From a virus (taxonomy: Duplodnaviria; Caudoviricetes), in IMG/VR virus record IMGVR_UViG_3300020044_006268, positions 1 through 25,945 of that record: a stretch of 25,945 bases of DNA; one strand, written 5' to 3'. A model generated the notes under the pieces. The model worked only from the letters and a program-made list of their open reading frames with translations, had not been told where the DNA came from and made no database searches. This document shows positions 24,396-25,945 of the stretch, one piece after another. The translations under genes were made by a program, and so were the position numbers. Each line of letters opens with the position of its first letter. The first letter of the stretch is position 1.

Positions 24396-25945
24396 TGGCT
24401 CAAGATAGTTCGACGTTTTTATTTACTCTCGAGGTTGACGATAAAGGCGCGGTTCAAAGCGTTAATAATCTAAGCGCGTCTATTAACAGCGCTGGCGATG
24501 CCTCGAAAAGTTGGGCCACGCAACTAAAGGAAATTAAAACGCAACTAGCGAGCACCGACCCGAATAGTAAACAATGGGCCGAGCTGGCGTTACAGTATAA
24601 AGAGCTCGGGGGTTCGTCTAAGGTAGTAAAAGAAAGCGTCGAAGAGTTAAAAACGAAACTCGATAGTTATAACGAAAGTGGGGTAAAGGTTGAAACTTCG
24701 ACTAAAAGCCTCAAGGCTCAGTTAAGAGAATTACAAGCCACACTAGCGACAACCGAGCCAGGAACGGAAAAATACAACGAGCTTGCAACGGCGGCGGGTA
24801 AATTAAAGGACCAAATAAAGGACGCTAGCGAAGCCGTTGGAGCTCAAGCTGGGCCCGCTTTTGAGCGTGTTGGGGGTTCGATAGGATTAGTGACTAGCCG
24901 CCTCGGTTCGCTCGATTTCAGCGGCGCGGCTGAGGGTGCTAACCTATTGGCTAAAAATTTAAAGGATGTAAAGCCCGCCGAATTTGCGAAAGGAATAGGC
25001 GACGTTGGAAAATCATTTTTAAACGTTGGTAAGGCTCTTTTAGCTAACCCGCTTTTTTTAATTGGCTCAGCGATAGCGCTATTAATTACGAATTTCGATA
25101 AACTCGCTAATACTATTCCCGCCCTCGGTATTGCATTCGAGGCGATTGGGGCGGTTATTGGTTTCGTTAAGGACGCGATAACAGGTTTTACCGACGCGAT
25201 AGGTTTAACGAGTGTGGCGGCGGCTGATGCTGTGGATTCAGCGATTGGCACGTTAGACCAACGCCAAAAGGATTTAGATAACGCCCAACGTTTAGCAGTT
25301 GCCAACGCGCGCAAAACAGGGGCCGATGTCGAAGCGATTAAAAAAGAATACCAAGCGAAAGAGGTCGCCAATAATAACGACGTAATAAATAGAATTAACG
25401 CGCTCGAAAAACGCGGCGTTAAACTAACCGAGGACCAACTAAAGGCCCGCCAAAAATCAATAGACGCCAATAAGGAGCTCGCGATTAAGGCGGCCGAGGA
25501 CGAAGCCTCAGCGGTTGAAAAAGCGCGCGAGGACGCCGCTAAAACCGAACAAGATAGACTAGCAAAAGAAGAGCAAGCGAGGGAGGCCGCCCGACAAAAA
25601 GCGGCTCAAGCGGCCGAGGCTCGAAAGGCTCGCGAGGCTGAGGTTACCGACGCAATTAAACAGGCTCAAGAGGAGCGTTATCAATTAACCCTAACCGATG
25701 AAGAGAGGGAACTACGCCAGCTACAACTAAAATACGATAAGCTAAAAGAAAAAGCGGGCACGAATCAAAAGCTAATAACGCAATTAGAAGAGCAAGAGTT
25801 ACTCGATAGGCAAGGAATACGCGACAAATACACGGCCCAAGAGGAGGCCGCACAAACAGCGGCCGATGCTAAATTATTAGAGGACGAAAAAGCGGCCGCG
25901 GCAAAGGCTAACGAGGAGCGAATAGCGCGCGAGGATGCTCAATTT
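24395..25945 (+). CDS. Tape measure protein (3'-truncated by the window)
   Basis: Absent from the track because no stop falls in the window. Starts MAQDSSTF; helical and Ala/Lys/Glu-rich, with KSLKAQLREL, ALLANPLFLIG.AIALLI.NFD and long coiled coils. Confidence 0.88.
   Translation, partial: MAQDSSTFLFTLEVDDKGAVQSVNNLSASINSAGDASKSWATQLKEIKTQLASTDPNSKQWAELALQYKELGGSSKVVKESVEELKTKLDSYNESGVKVETSTKSLKAQLRELQATLATTEPGTEKYNELATAAGKLKDQIKDASEAVGAQAGPAFERVGGSIGLVTSRLGSLDFSGAAEGANLLAKNLKDVKPAEFAKGIGDVGKSFLNVGKALLANPLFLIGSAIALLITNFDKLANTIPALGIAFEAIGAVIGFVKDAITGFTDAIGLTSVAAADAVDSAIGTLDQRQKDLDNAQRLAVANARKTGADVEAIKKEYQAKEVANNNDVINRINALEKRGVKLTEDQLKARQKSIDANKELAIKAAEDEASAVEKAREDAAKTEQDRLAKEEQAREAARQKAAQAAEARKAREAEVTDAIKQAQEERYQLTLTDEERELRQLQLKYDKLKEKAGTNQKLITQLEEQELLDRQGIRDKYTAQEEAAQTAADAKLLEDEKAAAAKANEERIAREDAQF

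Noticed and set aside
24844-25853. Minus-strand ORFs of 208 aa and 65 aa
   Set aside because: Antisense shadows of the tape measure gene, which the track missed because it has no stop in the window.
1-25945. Stop-codon reassignment, tRNA genes, integrase, inteins or introns
   Set aside because: Genes are intact and tightly packed under the standard code; DnaB and TerL are of normal length; I recognised no cloverleaf or recombinase motifs.

Overview
This window is part of a tailed dsDNA phage genome, probably a siphovirus. The TAnnTTTG promoters and AT-rich, SD-less gene starts suggest a Bacteroidota host. It has three transcription blocks. (1) Plus strand, 1-3165: the 3' part of the portal gene with a long C-terminal extension, a head-tail adaptor, two holin-like genes and an M15-type endolysin. 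(2) Minus strand, 3162-13172: an SSB-like gene, DNA methyltransferase, NinG, DnaB, a replication initiator containing an 11-bp iteron array, YqaJ exonuclease, a Rad52/Sak-like annealing protein, small early genes and, unexpectedly, the large terminase. (3) Plus strand, 13173 to the end: a sigma-70-like factor, a Cys-rich protein, a HAD-like protein, the small terminase, a tail chaperone with a probable -1 frameshift, a tail-completion/fibre fusion, tail-tip genes and the start of the tape measure. Capsid, protease, major tail and integrase genes were not seen in the window. The best leads are a leader-peptide/pseudoknot/terminator element in front of the replication initiator, an A10 slippery site that could give short and long portal forms, the inverted TerL separated from TerS, a shared GTAGC-N6-GCTAC operator, and a 42-nt in-frame insertion carrying an IHF-like site. 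All product calls come from recognising motifs by eye; no database search was run.
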